A stretch of DNA of 48,042 nt from contig CAIYNF010000158.1 in NCBI GenBank assembly GCA_903927505.1, positions 1 through 48,042 on the forward strand, read 5' to 3'. The notes beneath the pieces are model-generated. The model saw only the letters and a program-made list of their open reading frames with translations. It did not search any database and was not told the DNA's origin. The stretch comes from an uncultured Bacteroidota bacterium (GTDB lineage Bacteria > Bacteroidota > Bacteroidia > UKL13-3). Positions 1 to 8,938 of the stretch are shown piece after piece; position 1 is the first letter of the stretch; every line of letters begins with the position of its first letter. The translations under genes were made by a program, and so were the position numbers.

Positions 1-314
1 CATGTTCTGATATGAAATGCGATACGGTAGTTATTGGTTCTACCACAGGCATTAAAAAAGAAGGAATGCTATTGAATGCTGTATATCCTAATCCATTTGA
101 AAACATCATTAATATTGACCTAAGTGTTAACAATAAACAAACAGGCAATATTCAATTGATGGATATAAATGGTAAAATTATTTTGAACGAAACAAGAAAC
201 TTCCAAAAAGGCAGCAATCACTTTACATTAGAGGTAAATGATATAGCCCAAGGAATGTATATTTTACAAATTCAAAGTGGCGAACAAATTCGCATACTTA
301 AAATTTTAAAATAA
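1..314 (+). CDS. T9SS type A sorting-domain protein, C-terminal fragment (starts upstream of window)
   Basis: Frame is open back to position 3. C-terminus has VYPNP...I.lmDinGK...G.Y.L.I...KILK, the type A CTD pattern. Confidence 0.9.
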   Translation, partial: CSDMKCDTVVIGSTTGIKKEGMLLNAVYPNPFENIINIDLSVNNKQTGNIQLMDINGKIILNETRNFQKGSNHFTLEVNDIAQGMYILQIQSGEQIRILKILK

Positions 315-325
315 GATTACCCAAT

Positions 326-365
326 AAAAAAGTCCTGGTTTAGCAATAAGCCAGGACTTTTTTTT
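326..365 (+). terminator. Intrinsic terminator
   Basis: AAAAAAGTCCTGGTTTA-GCAA-TAAGCCAGGACTTTTTTTT: stem with one G-U pair, GNRA loop and U-tract just after the stop at 314. Confidence 0.9.
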
Positions 366-449
366 GTGCCATAGCCCAAAGCCTTAGAAAAGCATTTCAT
401 TTTTTCCAAATTTGATTATATTGTCCCCTCAATAAGATTTATATTTTAT

Positions 450-2042
450 ATGGCAAATTTCTTTTACACCAAATCATTAACTGATTTACTCAAACACCAC
501 GACGGTTCGCAATTAAAACGCACGCTTACGGCAACCAATTTAGTTGCTTTAGGAGTTGGTGCTATTATTGGCGCAGGTTTATTTGTTAGAACCGCAGCTG
601 CATCTGCAGAAGCCGCAGGCGCTGCAGTAACCTTAAGTTTTATTGTTGCAGCGGTGGGCTGTGCATTTGCGGGTATTTGCTATGCAGAATTTGCCTCAAT
701 GATTCCAATTGCAGGAAGTGCTTATGCTTATTCTTATGTTACCATGGGCGAGTTAATGGCATGGATTATAGGTTGGGCTCTAATAATGGAATATGCTTTA
801 GGAGCTGCCACGGTAGCCATAGCCTGGAGTGAATATTTAAATAATTTATTAGGTGGTACCATCCCCTATGAATGGTGCCATTCGCCTTTTGAGAGTTTGA
901 AAAAAGTAGTTGACCCTGCCAGTATCAATCAATTCTTAAGTTTCAACCCAGATTTTAGTCACCACATTAAAAATGGCGAACTTTTGTTGTCTGATGAGTC
1001 ATACCATAGTTTAAATACAAGCATGCAAGGTTTGGTTCAAATTACACATGGTTTTATGAATGCGCCTGCATTAATAATTTTATTGGCTTTAACTTTATTA
1101 TTAATTAAAGGAACGCAAGAATCTGCCACTGTAAACGCCATTATTGTATTTATAAAAGTAGCCATTGTATTGCTCTTTATTATTTTGGGATGGCAGTTTA
1201 TTAAACCAATTAACCATACACCATTTATGATTCCAGAAGGCACACTTGGCCACGAAGGATTCTTTAAACATGGCTGGGGTGGTGTATTAGGAGGTGCAGC
1301 TATTGTATTCTTTGCCTTTATTGGTTTTGATGCGGTAAGTACTGCAGCCCAAGAAGCAAAAAACCCAAAACGCGATATGCCAATTGGTATTTTAGGCTCA
1401 TTGGTTATTTGTACCATTCTATATATTTTATTCGGACATGTATTAACCGGTGTTGCCAATTGGCAAGAATTTAAAACTGCAGGAAAAGAAGCTTCGGTGA
1501 GTTATGCCATTCAAACCTATATGAAAGGTTACGAATGGTTGGGAACAAGCGTAACTGTAGCAATTTTAGCAGGTTTCTCTTCTGTAATCTTAGTAATGTT
1601 AATGGGGCAAAGTCGTGTTTTCTTTAGCATGAGTAAAGATGGCTTATTACCAAAAGCATTTAGCGAATTACATCCAAAGTTTAAAACACCTTACAAAGCA
1701 AATTGGATTCTACTTGTTTTTGTAGGTGCCTTTGCCGCCTTTATCCCAGGCTCTGTGGCAGGAGATTTAACCAGCTTTGGAACTTTGTTTGCATTTGTAT
1801 TGGTATGCTTGGGTATTATTATCATGCGCAAAAAAGAACCAGCATTAGAACGTCCGTTTAGAACACCATTGGTACCTTTGGTTCCTATTTTAGGCATGAT
1901 TATTTGCCTTGCTATGATTGTAAGTTTACCATTACCTACATTGGCAAGTGCTGGAATTTGGTTGGTATTTGGCTTAATTATTTACTTTACCTACTCGGCA
2001 AAACATGCGCGTAAAATGCGCGAAAATCTGACAAAATATTAA
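450..2042 (+). CDS. APC-family amino acid permease
   Basis: GAIIGAG in TM1, CYAEFAS.IP.AGSAY, FFAFIGFDAVST.AQE.KNP; many hydrophobic segments. Confidence 0.95.
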   Translation: MANFFYTKSLTDLLKHHDGSQLKRTLTATNLVALGVGAIIGAGLFVRTAAASAEAAGAAVTLSFIVAAVGCAFAGICYAEFASMIPIAGSAYAYSYVTMGELMAWIIGWALIMEYALGAATVAIAWSEYLNNLLGGTIPYEWCHSPFESLKKVVDPASINQFLSFNPDFSHHIKNGELLLSDESYHSLNTSMQGLVQITHGFMNAPALIILLALTLLLIKGTQESATVNAIIVFIKVAIVLLFIILGWQFIKPINHTPFMIPEGTLGHEGFFKHGWGGVLGGAAIVFFAFIGFDAVSTAAQEAKNPKRDMPIGILGSLVICTILYILFGHVLTGVANWQEFKTAGKEASVSYAIQTYMKGYEWLGTSVTVAILAGFSSVILVMLMGQSRVFFSMSKDGLLPKAFSELHPKFKTPYKANWILLVFVGAFAAFIPGSVAGDLTSFGTLFAFVLVCLGIIIMRKKEPALERPFRTPLVPLVPILGMIICLAMIVSLPLPTLASAGIWLVFGLIIYFTYSAKHARKMRENLTKY

Positions 2043-2047
2043 TAGAC

Positions 2048-2089
2048 ATTTTTATTGCAGCCTTAAATTGTTAAGGCTGCAATAAAAAT
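2048..2089. repeat. Perfect 19-bp inverted repeat between convergent genes
   Basis: ATTTTTATTGCAGCCTTAA-ATTG-TTAAGGCTGCAATAAAAAT; the right arm is the last 19 nt of the esterase CDS. Confidence 0.85.
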
Positions 2090-3015
2090 AACAAAGGCTT
2101 CCCCACCCTACTGCGCCAAGCAGTTTCATTATGTGGTGCATTTGGAAAGCTCAAACTCATATAATCTTTAGGACTTTCATAGCCACTTTCGCGGCACAAA
2201 GAATCCATTAAATTTTGATGTGGTTCGTACCAAGCATCCAAAGTGGCAGTGCCATGGTCGAAATACAATTTGTGTTGCTTTGGATTGGGCAAATGCCTTA
2301 CAAAATAATTGATATAACTGCTTGCCACAGCAGTGTTGTTTTCTTTTAAACTCAGCGGCCAATGTGTAGACAAACACGCAACCCCTTTTAGCTGATCAGA
2401 ATATTTACAAAGGGCATATAAAGAAATTAAGCCACCCATACTTGAGCCCATCATAAAGGTGTTTTTCTCATCACTACGCGTAGGAAAAATACCATCAATA
2501 AAAGGCTTTACATTTTCAAACACAAAAGCCAAATATTGATTGGCAAGGCTGGTACCACCGCGCTCTTGACTTAATTTTCTTTTATTGGTACTGTCTAATT
2601 GTTTAAATGCATCTTCAGGATTGTATTCTAAAAAACGCTTGGGCGAATTCCATATTCCTACCACAATTGTTTTGCGAATTAAATTCCTGCGCAGCAAACT
2701 ATCCATTGCTTCATCTATTCCCCATTCTGCTCCGCCAAATGAATTACCTGGCAAGAATAAATTCTGCCCATCATGCATGTACAATACGGCGTATTTGGTT
2801 CGGCCACTTGAATCAAAATCACTCGGTACCCAAACATCTATATTTCTTGCATCTAAAAAAAGTGGTTTTACTTTTTCATAGCGAAACAAACGACCTGTTA
2901 AATTTGGATCGTACAATTCTTTTTGCGCACTTAAAAGGCTTGTATTTACAAGCAACAAGAGGCAAGTATAGACAATAAATTGCCCCGCTTTTTTAGTATT
3001 TATATTTAAAATCAT
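2071..3015 (-). CDS. Secreted alpha/beta hydrolase (putative esterase family)
   Basis: Signal peptide; VLYMHDGQNLF, GSSMGG nucleophile elbow, D.GT..LD and H.E.AW motifs. Confidence 0.9.
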   Translation of the reverse strand: MILNINTKKAGQFIVYTCLLLLVNTSLLSAQKELYDPNLTGRLFRYEKVKPLFLDARNIDVWVPSDFDSSGRTKYAVLYMHDGQNLFLPGNSFGGAEWGIDEAMDSLLRRNLIRKTIVVGIWNSPKRFLEYNPEDAFKQLDSTNKRKLSQERGGTSLANQYLAFVFENVKPFIDGIFPTRSDEKNTFMMGSSMGGLISLYALCKYSDQLKGVACLSTHWPLSLKENNTAVASSYINYFVRHLPNPKQHKLYFDHGTATLDAWYEPHQNLMDSLCRESGYESPKDYMSLSFPNAPHNETAWRSRVGKPLLFLLQP

Positions 3016-3022
3016 GTACTGT

Positions 3023-3751
3023 TTAACTTAATACCTCGTGCAAAATGCTCGGCGATTTTAAATCGCTAAACAACATGAGGTGAATTTGAAAATAACGAAT
3101 CATTTTATGCAGCAATTCTCTTCGCACTTGGGCTGAAATAATCTCATGCTGAATTTCTTCATAATTCATTTGAATAAATTTATTTAAGGCAAAGGCCATT
3201 TCTCCCTTACAAAAATCTTGTGTATTAGGCGCATTGGCAATAAACATACCTTCATTTAAACTAAAATCAGGTGTTTGCGCACTGTAATTTGTTTTAGGAA
3301 AGAAGCCCAAATACTTACTCAATTGCACCATAAAATACACAGGAAAATTGCGCAATGAGCCTTCTGTTAAATCAGCAATTTGAATCGAATTGAAAACAAA
3401 ACCAAACATTTGCACATCCAATTGCGCTTCCTCTCTTAGGCTTTTACCAAGCAGTTCGGCCATAAATAAGGCCAAGGTGCTTTTGTGTAAATCAAAATGC
3501 AATTGGTTTAGTATTGGCACACATTTAAGCTCTTTGATGCGTTGTATGTTTTTATTTTGTTGGTGGTATACTTCCATCTCAAGCAAACTTAAAGGCATTA
3601 AATGAGAGGGCTTAATAGCAGCTTTCTTTCCCTTCACCCCATTGATCATATAACTTTGCAAACCATACTTATCGGTATAGCATTTGAGCACCACACTGTT
3701 TTCGGAATAATTCACCGTACTTAAAACAATCCCCCTACACTTTTCTAGCAT
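3023..3751 (-). CDS. recO: DNA repair protein RecO
   Basis: N-terminal GIVL...YSE.S.V...YT...G..SY OB-fold pattern; Bacteroidota-type C-terminus KS..ILHEV. Confidence 0.92.
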   Translation of the reverse strand: MLEKCRGIVLSTVNYSENSVVLKCYTDKYGLQSYMINGVKGKKAAIKPSHLMPLSLLEMEVYHQQNKNIQRIKELKCVPILNQLHFDLHKSTLALFMAELLGKSLREEAQLDVQMFGFVFNSIQIADLTEGSLRNFPVYFMVQLSKYLGFFPKTNYSAQTPDFSLNEGMFIANAPNTQDFCKGEMAFALNKFIQMNYEEIQHEIISAQVRRELLHKMIRYFQIHLMLFSDLKSPSILHEVLS

Positions 3752-3756
3752 AATTA

Positions 3757-4029
3757 TTACCTGGAATTATGCGCCAACAACCCATCTTTGGTTGCCAAAT
3801 AGGCATAGGCATTCATGTTATCTGAATCATAGATAAAACTACGCTTATAGTCTTGTTTTTCCTCTTCCCATTTCATGGCCACAACCATTTTTTTGTGGAT
3901 GAGCGTCTTTAACACATCCCCTACTACTGAAGGCGGTTGCGCTACTTCTTCTAAAATTTTGTCAAACGACTCTACAAAATATAAGCAATTAAGTATGTCG
4001 TATTCTATGTCGTCTAATTCTGGTATCAT
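3757..4029 (-). CDS. Conserved small hypothetical protein (about 90 aa)
   Basis: ATG at 4029 forms an ATGA overlap with the upstream glycosyltransferase stop, so it is preferred over the ORF-track start at 4050. EYDIL..LYFVE.F and YLATK.GLLAHN look like conserved blocks. Confidence 0.75.
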   Translation of the reverse strand: MIPELDDIEYDILNCLYFVESFDKILEEVAQPPSVVGDVLKTLIHKKMVVAMKWEEEKQDYKRSFIYDSDNMNAYAYLATKDGLLAHNSR

Positions 4030-5159
4030 TTCAATTCTCTTTCTTTCCATGTATAGGTTTTAATATTGGCCCATATCCCAATTACAATTACATAAACAAT
4101 ATGAAATGGCTGCACCAATGGCACCAAAAATAACATTCCAATTTTATTAAAAAACAATAGGATCGAACCAATGAGCAATGCCTCTGCCAAAATTTTTATA
4201 AGCAATTGCCCAATACCTATTACTGCCAATGCTGGATACCAAAAGCCAAGCACTAAATTTATAACAATACTCAGGTTAAAAAAATAGGCACCCACCAAAA
4301 TGGCGGTAATATACCTGTTTTCATATTTGGTACTTTTAGATACCCAACGCCTTCTTTGCTGCGCCAATTGATCAACAGAGGCATTTGGTGTAGTATAAAC
4401 CACCGCATCACGGTTCTTTAAAAAGAAAACTTCTTTGGGGTATTTCTTAAATATTTTATGCAATAAAAACTCATCATCACCACTGGCCAAATGCACATTG
4501 TCGGCATAACCATTTACCGCAACAAATGCCTCCTTTTTAAATATCAAATTAGCGGCACTACACATGTTTGGATTTTTTAAATGAATGGCAGCTCCTCCAA
4601 TTCCTACCAAACCTGCAAACTCCAATGATTGAAATCTTTCAAACAGATTGCTTGAGCTAAAAAATACAGGAGCATACACAAATGAACAATTGCGTTCTTG
4701 CACAAAAGCATCAATTGCTTTGAGCCAATTTTCACCACGCGTACAATCGGCATCACTTAAAATGATATAGGGGAATTTGGCTTTTTCTACACCCAATTCA
4801 ATGGCATTCTTTTTACCTGAAAATCCAAACTCCGTAGCGTTTACTAAATAGATTGCATGACTTGGAAAACGCTTTATTATGGCCGCAACCTTTTCTCCTG
4901 TTTCGTCTGTTGAATGATCGTTTAAAACTAATATTTCAAACAATTTTGGCGGATAATTTTGCGCAATAATTGCTTGCAAACAGGCTTCAATTTGCGCCTC
5001 TTCATTTCTTGCGGCAATTAAAATGCTATAAGCATTTATAGGGCTATATTCCATAGCGGGTCTGCTTCTTGGAATAAGCAACCAGGCCACAAAATACACT
5101 AAAATTAAGGCTGCATAAGCAAAGGCCATGGCATAACAGATGTATTCCCAAGCACTCAT
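4026..5159 (-). CDS. Family 2 glycosyltransferase, membrane-bound
   Basis: AARNEE, NDHSTD, GKK.A, SDAD (DxD), GDD and QRRRW motifs; N- and C-terminal TM helices. Confidence 0.93.
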   Translation of the reverse strand: MSAWEYICYAMAFAYAALILVYFVAWLLIPRSRPAMEYSPINAYSILIAARNEEAQIEACLQAIIAQNYPPKLFEILVLNDHSTDETGEKVAAIIKRFPSHAIYLVNATEFGFSGKKNAIELGVEKAKFPYIILSDADCTRGENWLKAIDAFVQERNCSFVYAPVFFSSSNLFERFQSLEFAGLVGIGGAAIHLKNPNMCSAANLIFKKEAFVAVNGYADNVHLASGDDEFLLHKIFKKYPKEVFFLKNRDAVVYTTPNASVDQLAQQRRRWVSKSTKYENRYITAILVGAYFFNLSIVINLVLGFWYPALAVIGIGQLLIKILAEALLIGSILLFFNKIGMLFLVPLVQPFHIVYVIVIGIWANIKTYTWKERELK

Positions 5160-6121
5160 GACTTAATTTTATAAATGAAATACATACCTAAGATACCTGG
5201 CAACAACATATTAATAATCCAAAGGCTATAGGCCGATAGCAATACCGCTTCTGTTTGATTTACAAACATAGAGAAGAAAAACAAGGCACTTACACCGCGC
5301 AAACCAATTTCTAACAATAAAAAAGAAGGCACCACAGATTGCACACAAAAGGTTGCAATAATGCAGGCAATGGCTGGCAAGAAACTTATTTCTACTTGGA
5401 AAAACTTTAGCAAAAAGTAATATTGACTCAAAAAAACAAGGTACCTTAAAAAAGACAAGCTCAATAATTGAAACAAGTCAGCTTTGCTATAGGCTGCAAA
5501 AACATCAATATATTTTTCAAACTTTTTTACCCAAGTAAGGGCACTCATTTTTTTGTAAACCAAACGCAGGTTTAAATAGGCCCAAATTAAAAATCCAATG
5601 ATCAAAAACGCAATAGGCAAGCCAATTTGAAACACATAAGATTGATTGGAAATAATTGAAAAATCATTGCTAAAAAACACCAAAGCAAATAAACCAAAAA
5701 CCAATGTAACTATCACTTGAGCGGTATGCCCTATTACGGTAACAAAAGAGCCACGCCATTTATTCATAATTTCTAAATGAATAACCCTACCTGCAAAATC
5801 GCCAATTTGGTTGGGCGTAATAATACTTAAGGTTACACCAGAAAAAACTGCTTTAATAGCTGTAGTAAAAGTTATTGGTTCGAACCGATTGATAAGCATG
5901 CGCCATTTCACCGCTTCTAAACCCCAATTGGCAAAAACAAAAAGCATTGCGGCCAATAAATAAAGAACTGAACCCAATTGGGAATGCAATTCATAGCGTT
6001 GGAAAAGTGAATTGATATGGTAGGAATAGAAAAGCTTAAAAAAAATAAAGACCGTCAGCACCAATATTAACAATGGCTTGGCGATTTTTATAAGTTTTTG
6101 ATATGGGTGTGATTGAAACAA
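5156..6121 (-). CDS. Lysylphosphatidylglycerol synthase TM-domain / flippase-like membrane protein
   Basis: NW.LEA.KW, ITPN..G.F.GR, E.G.RG, LWIIN..LP..LG; 4-nt overlap with the GT2 gene. Confidence 0.8.
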   Translation of the reverse strand: MFQSHPYQKLIKIAKPLLILVLTVFIFFKLFYSYHINSLFQRYELHSQLGSVLYLLAAMLFVFANWGLEAVKWRMLINRFEPITFTTAIKAVFSGVTLSIITPNQIGDFAGRVIHLEIMNKWRGSFVTVIGHTAQVIVTLVFGLFALVFFSNDFSIISNQSYVFQIGLPIAFLIIGFLIWAYLNLRLVYKKMSALTWVKKFEKYIDVFAAYSKADLFQLLSLSFLRYLVFLSQYYFLLKFFQVEISFLPAIACIIATFCVQSVVPSFLLLEIGLRGVSALFFFSMFVNQTEAVLLSAYSLWIINMLLPGILGMYFIYKIKS

Positions 6122-6183
6122 TTGCAGGCTTTAACTATGTTTGACAAAATAACGCATACCTGAGTCCTAAACCAAATCAGATT

Positions 6184-6795
6184 TTGAGCAATACCAAATC
6201 TATACAAGAAAGAGTCATCCTGGGCATAGATCCGGGCACCACTGTAATGGGTTATGGAATTATTCATACAACGGGTAAAAAGGCGGTAGTGCTCACATTA
6301 GGCGTATTAAAACTAGACAAATACGCCGACTATGCCATGAAGCTTAAAAAGATTTTTGAACGTACGGTTGGCCTCATTGATGAATTTCACCCAGATGAAT
6401 TGGCCATTGAAGCGCCCTTTTTTGGAAAGAACGTGCAAAGTATGCTCAAATTAGGCAGAGCACAAGGCGTGGCTATTGCAGCCGCTATGAGCAGAGAATT
6501 GTCTGTAGTGGAATATGCGCCAAAAAAGATAAAAAAATCTGTTACAGGCAACGGAAATGCCTCCAAGGAGCAAGTTGCACAAAGCTTGCAACAACAATTA
6601 AAATTTGAATTCGATAACCAATACTTTGATGCCACAGATGGTTTGGCTGCTGCCTATTGCCATTTTATGCAGAACACCATTGTTATTCCCGATGCTGATA
6701 AAAAGACTAAAAGCAAATTGCCTCCCAAAAAGAAGGCAAGTTCTTGGGAAACTTTTGTAAGTCAGAATCCCTCTAAAATTAAAAAGAAAAGCTAA
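6184..6795 (+). CDS. ruvC: Holliday junction resolvase RuvC
   Basis: ILGIDPGT, AIEAPF, VTGNGNASKEQV, DATDGLA catalytic motifs; TTG start. Confidence 0.96.
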   Translation: MSNTKSIQERVILGIDPGTTVMGYGIIHTTGKKAVVLTLGVLKLDKYADYAMKLKKIFERTVGLIDEFHPDELAIEAPFFGKNVQSMLKLGRAQGVAIAAAMSRELSVVEYAPKKIKKSVTGNGNASKEQVAQSLQQQLKFEFDNQYFDATDGLAAAYCHFMQNTIVIPDADKKTKSKLPPKKKASSWETFVSQNPSKIKKKS

Positions 6796-7194
6796 TTAGT
6801 TTTTAAAATGAGCTGCAATAGTATTTGCTATTGTTTGCATTTCTTCACTTGGTAAATCCAATTTTGGATTGGCAAAATTCATTTCCTCCATTTGAGAAAA
6901 CGGAATTAAATGAATGTGTGCATGCGGCACTTCTAAACCCATTACACAAACACCCACTCTCAGACAAGGAATAGCCTGTTTAAGGGCCATTGCTACCTGT
7001 TTAGAAAAGACATGTAAATTGGCAAATTCGGCATCTGCCAAATCAAAAATATAATCTTCTTCTATTTTGGGTATTACAAGAGTATGACCTTTGGTAAGCG
7101 GACGAATATCTAAAAAAGCTAAAAAATTTGCAGTTTCAGCCACCTTGTAACAAGGAATTTCTCCTGCTATAATTCTGCTAAAAATACTGGCCAT
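6796..7194 (-). CDS. HIT family nucleotide hydrolase
   Basis: SIFSRII.GEIP, GHTLVIPK, HAHIH histidine triad. Confidence 0.95.
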   Translation of the reverse strand: MASIFSRIIAGEIPCYKVAETANFLAFLDIRPLTKGHTLVIPKIEEDYIFDLADAEFANLHVFSKQVAMALKQAIPCLRVGVCVMGLEVPHAHIHLIPFSQMEEMNFANPKLDLPSEEMQTIANTIAAHFKN

Positions 7195-7195
7195 T

Positions 7196-7669
7196 TTAGA
7201 AAGTGATTTCTAATATTTCTAGTTTAATATTTCCAGCAGGAACAGTTACTTCGCAGGTATCACCAACTTTCTTGTTCATTAAGCCCAAACCTATTGGCGA
7301 TTTAAAGGAAATTCTTCCTGTTTTTAAATCTGCCTCTTTTTCATTCACCAAAGTATACCAAATTTCTTTTTTAGAGTTATGGTTTAAAACCCTTACTCTG
7401 GTAAGCATCATTACTTGGCTATTGTTTATTTTAGATTCGTCAATGATTCTAGAAACAGCAATCAAATTTTCCATTTTAGAAATCTTGGCTTCCAATAATC
7501 CTTGGTCTTCTTTTGCGGCATGGTACTCGGCATTTTCACTCAAATCACCTTTGTCTCTTGCATCAGCAATCTGCTTAGAAATAAAAGGACGTTGAACGTA
7601 TTTCAAATCATATAAATCTGCCTTTAATTTCTCTAAACCTTCTTTGGTTACAAAATTTGTTTCTGCCAT
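7196..7669 (-). CDS. greA: Transcription elongation factor GreA
   Basis: ARDKGDLSENAEYHAAKE and IS..SPIG motifs. Confidence 0.97.
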   Translation of the reverse strand: MAETNFVTKEGLEKLKADLYDLKYVQRPFISKQIADARDKGDLSENAEYHAAKEDQGLLEAKISKMENLIAVSRIIDESKINNSQVMMLTRVRVLNHNSKKEIWYTLVNEKEADLKTGRISFKSPIGLGLMNKKVGDTCEVTVPAGNIKLEILEITF

Positions 7670-7695
7670 AAAAATGCTATTTAATCAATCTCCTT

Positions 7696-7738
7696 AAAAA
7701 TAAAAGAAACGTTCCGCACAAAGGCGGAACGTTTCTTT
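7696..7738 (-). terminator. Intrinsic terminator-like hairpin between the PorV-family gene and greA
   Basis: 15-bp perfect stem AAAGAAACGTTCCGC (7703-7717) / GCGGAACGTTTCTTT (7724-7738), followed on the minus strand by a U-rich tract. Confidence 0.85.
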
Positions 7739-7746
7739 CTTACATA

Positions 7747-7754
7747 CAAATATA
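7747..7754 (-). promoter_or_regulatory. Bacteroidota -7 promoter box upstream of greA
   Basis: Minus strand reads TATATTTG, matching TAnnTTTG. Confidence 0.65.
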
Positions 7755-7764
7755 GTAATTTTTT

Positions 7765-8904
7765 TTATCCCTTTTTACCTCCAATAGTTAAACGTATGCC
7801 AACTGTGTGCATTCCGTTAAAAATTCGGGTTGGTGCGTAAGAGTAATCTATTGCCATTGCTGTTCCAGTTTTTGTTACAGGCACTTGAAAAGTAGCACCT
7901 GCCCATAAGCCATAAACAGGATTCAAATATTGAGGATCCGACATATTTTTTGAAAATGCTTGCTGATCGCCCATAACATTATAAGCTACGCGTAACATGG
8001 CAGTTTCTTTGTATGAATATTCAGCACCAAAACCATATACATTTGATTGAAATGCATTGTAGTTAAAGTTAAAAGAACCCGTTAAACGATGGTAATAGGT
8101 ATCTGGTGATTTATCTAAACGCATATCATAACCCAAACCAATATTTACCAAAGTAGGTAAATTGAATTTATCTGCAGAGAAATAAGCCTTTCTATCAGCA
8201 CCAGTTGCAGAATTAATTGCACGGAAAGACAAACCTGGACCACGGAAAGTTAAATCCGGACCAATATTTCTCATAGAGATACCTAACCTGAAATCTTCTT
8301 TCTTAATTTTATTTTTCTCTTTCTTTTCTTTGCTAGAGCTCAAAGAAGTTTGGTATTGAACACCAAAATCAAAAGCCATGCCTTGCGCTTTCACGTCCTG
8401 CAAGCCCTCAGAAATCAAGCGAATCAAGAAACCACCCGTAATACTGTTTGAAAACTTCTTGGCATATGAGGCACCAATATTTAACACTTGAGGTGTAAAG
8501 GTAGGCAAGGTTCCATCAGGATTATCGTAGGTAGTAATAGGAATATTACCAAAATCCCATGACGCAAATCCCAAACCAATTACACCACCTTCGCCTTTTT
8601 CTCCAACGGTTTGAGCCAAAGCAAAGTTGTTAATATTAACACCTGCGCCCTGCAAGAAACTCATACGAGAGAAACAAACTTCTGTTTTATTGGTATATGC
8701 CAAACCAGCAATATTCATATTAAAAGATTCGATACCTCTAACAGAAGCAGTATTTGAGCCTCCGTAACCAGAGCTTCTTCCGAAAGGATTAATGTTCAAT
8801 TGTGTTGCACCCGCACCGCCAGAACGGTCTGGGTTTCCTGCGAAGGCATTTGCCGAAACAAACAACATACCAAGCAATCCTAATTTTATAATGTCTTTCT
8901 TCAT
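7765..8904 (-). CDS. PorV/PorQ-family outer-membrane beta-barrel
   Basis: Signal peptide; L.INPFGRSSGYGG...N.AGLA start typical of PorV/FadL-like barrels; D.G.QY, NIGP.L and DYSY strands. Confidence 0.82.
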   Translation of the reverse strand: MKKDIIKLGLLGMLFVSANAFAGNPDRSGGAGATQLNINPFGRSSGYGGSNTASVRGIESFNMNIAGLAYTNKTEVCFSRMSFLQGAGVNINNFALAQTVGEKGEGGVIGLGFASWDFGNIPITTYDNPDGTLPTFTPQVLNIGASYAKKFSNSITGGFLIRLISEGLQDVKAQGMAFDFGVQYQTSLSSSKEKKEKNKIKKEDFRLGISMRNIGPDLTFRGPGLSFRAINSATGADRKAYFSADKFNLPTLVNIGLGYDMRLDKSPDTYYHRLTGSFNFNYNAFQSNVYGFGAEYSYKETAMLRVAYNVMGDQQAFSKNMSDPQYLNPVYGLWAGATFQVPVTKTGTAMAIDYSYAPTRIFNGMHTVGIRLTIGGKKG

Positions 8905-8938
8905 TTTACAATTATTAGTAATTTATACTCTCGTCTAA

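Noticed and set aside
7690-7695. AAGGAG upstream of greA as a Shine-Dalgarno
   Set aside because: It is about 20 nt from the ATG, too far for initiation.
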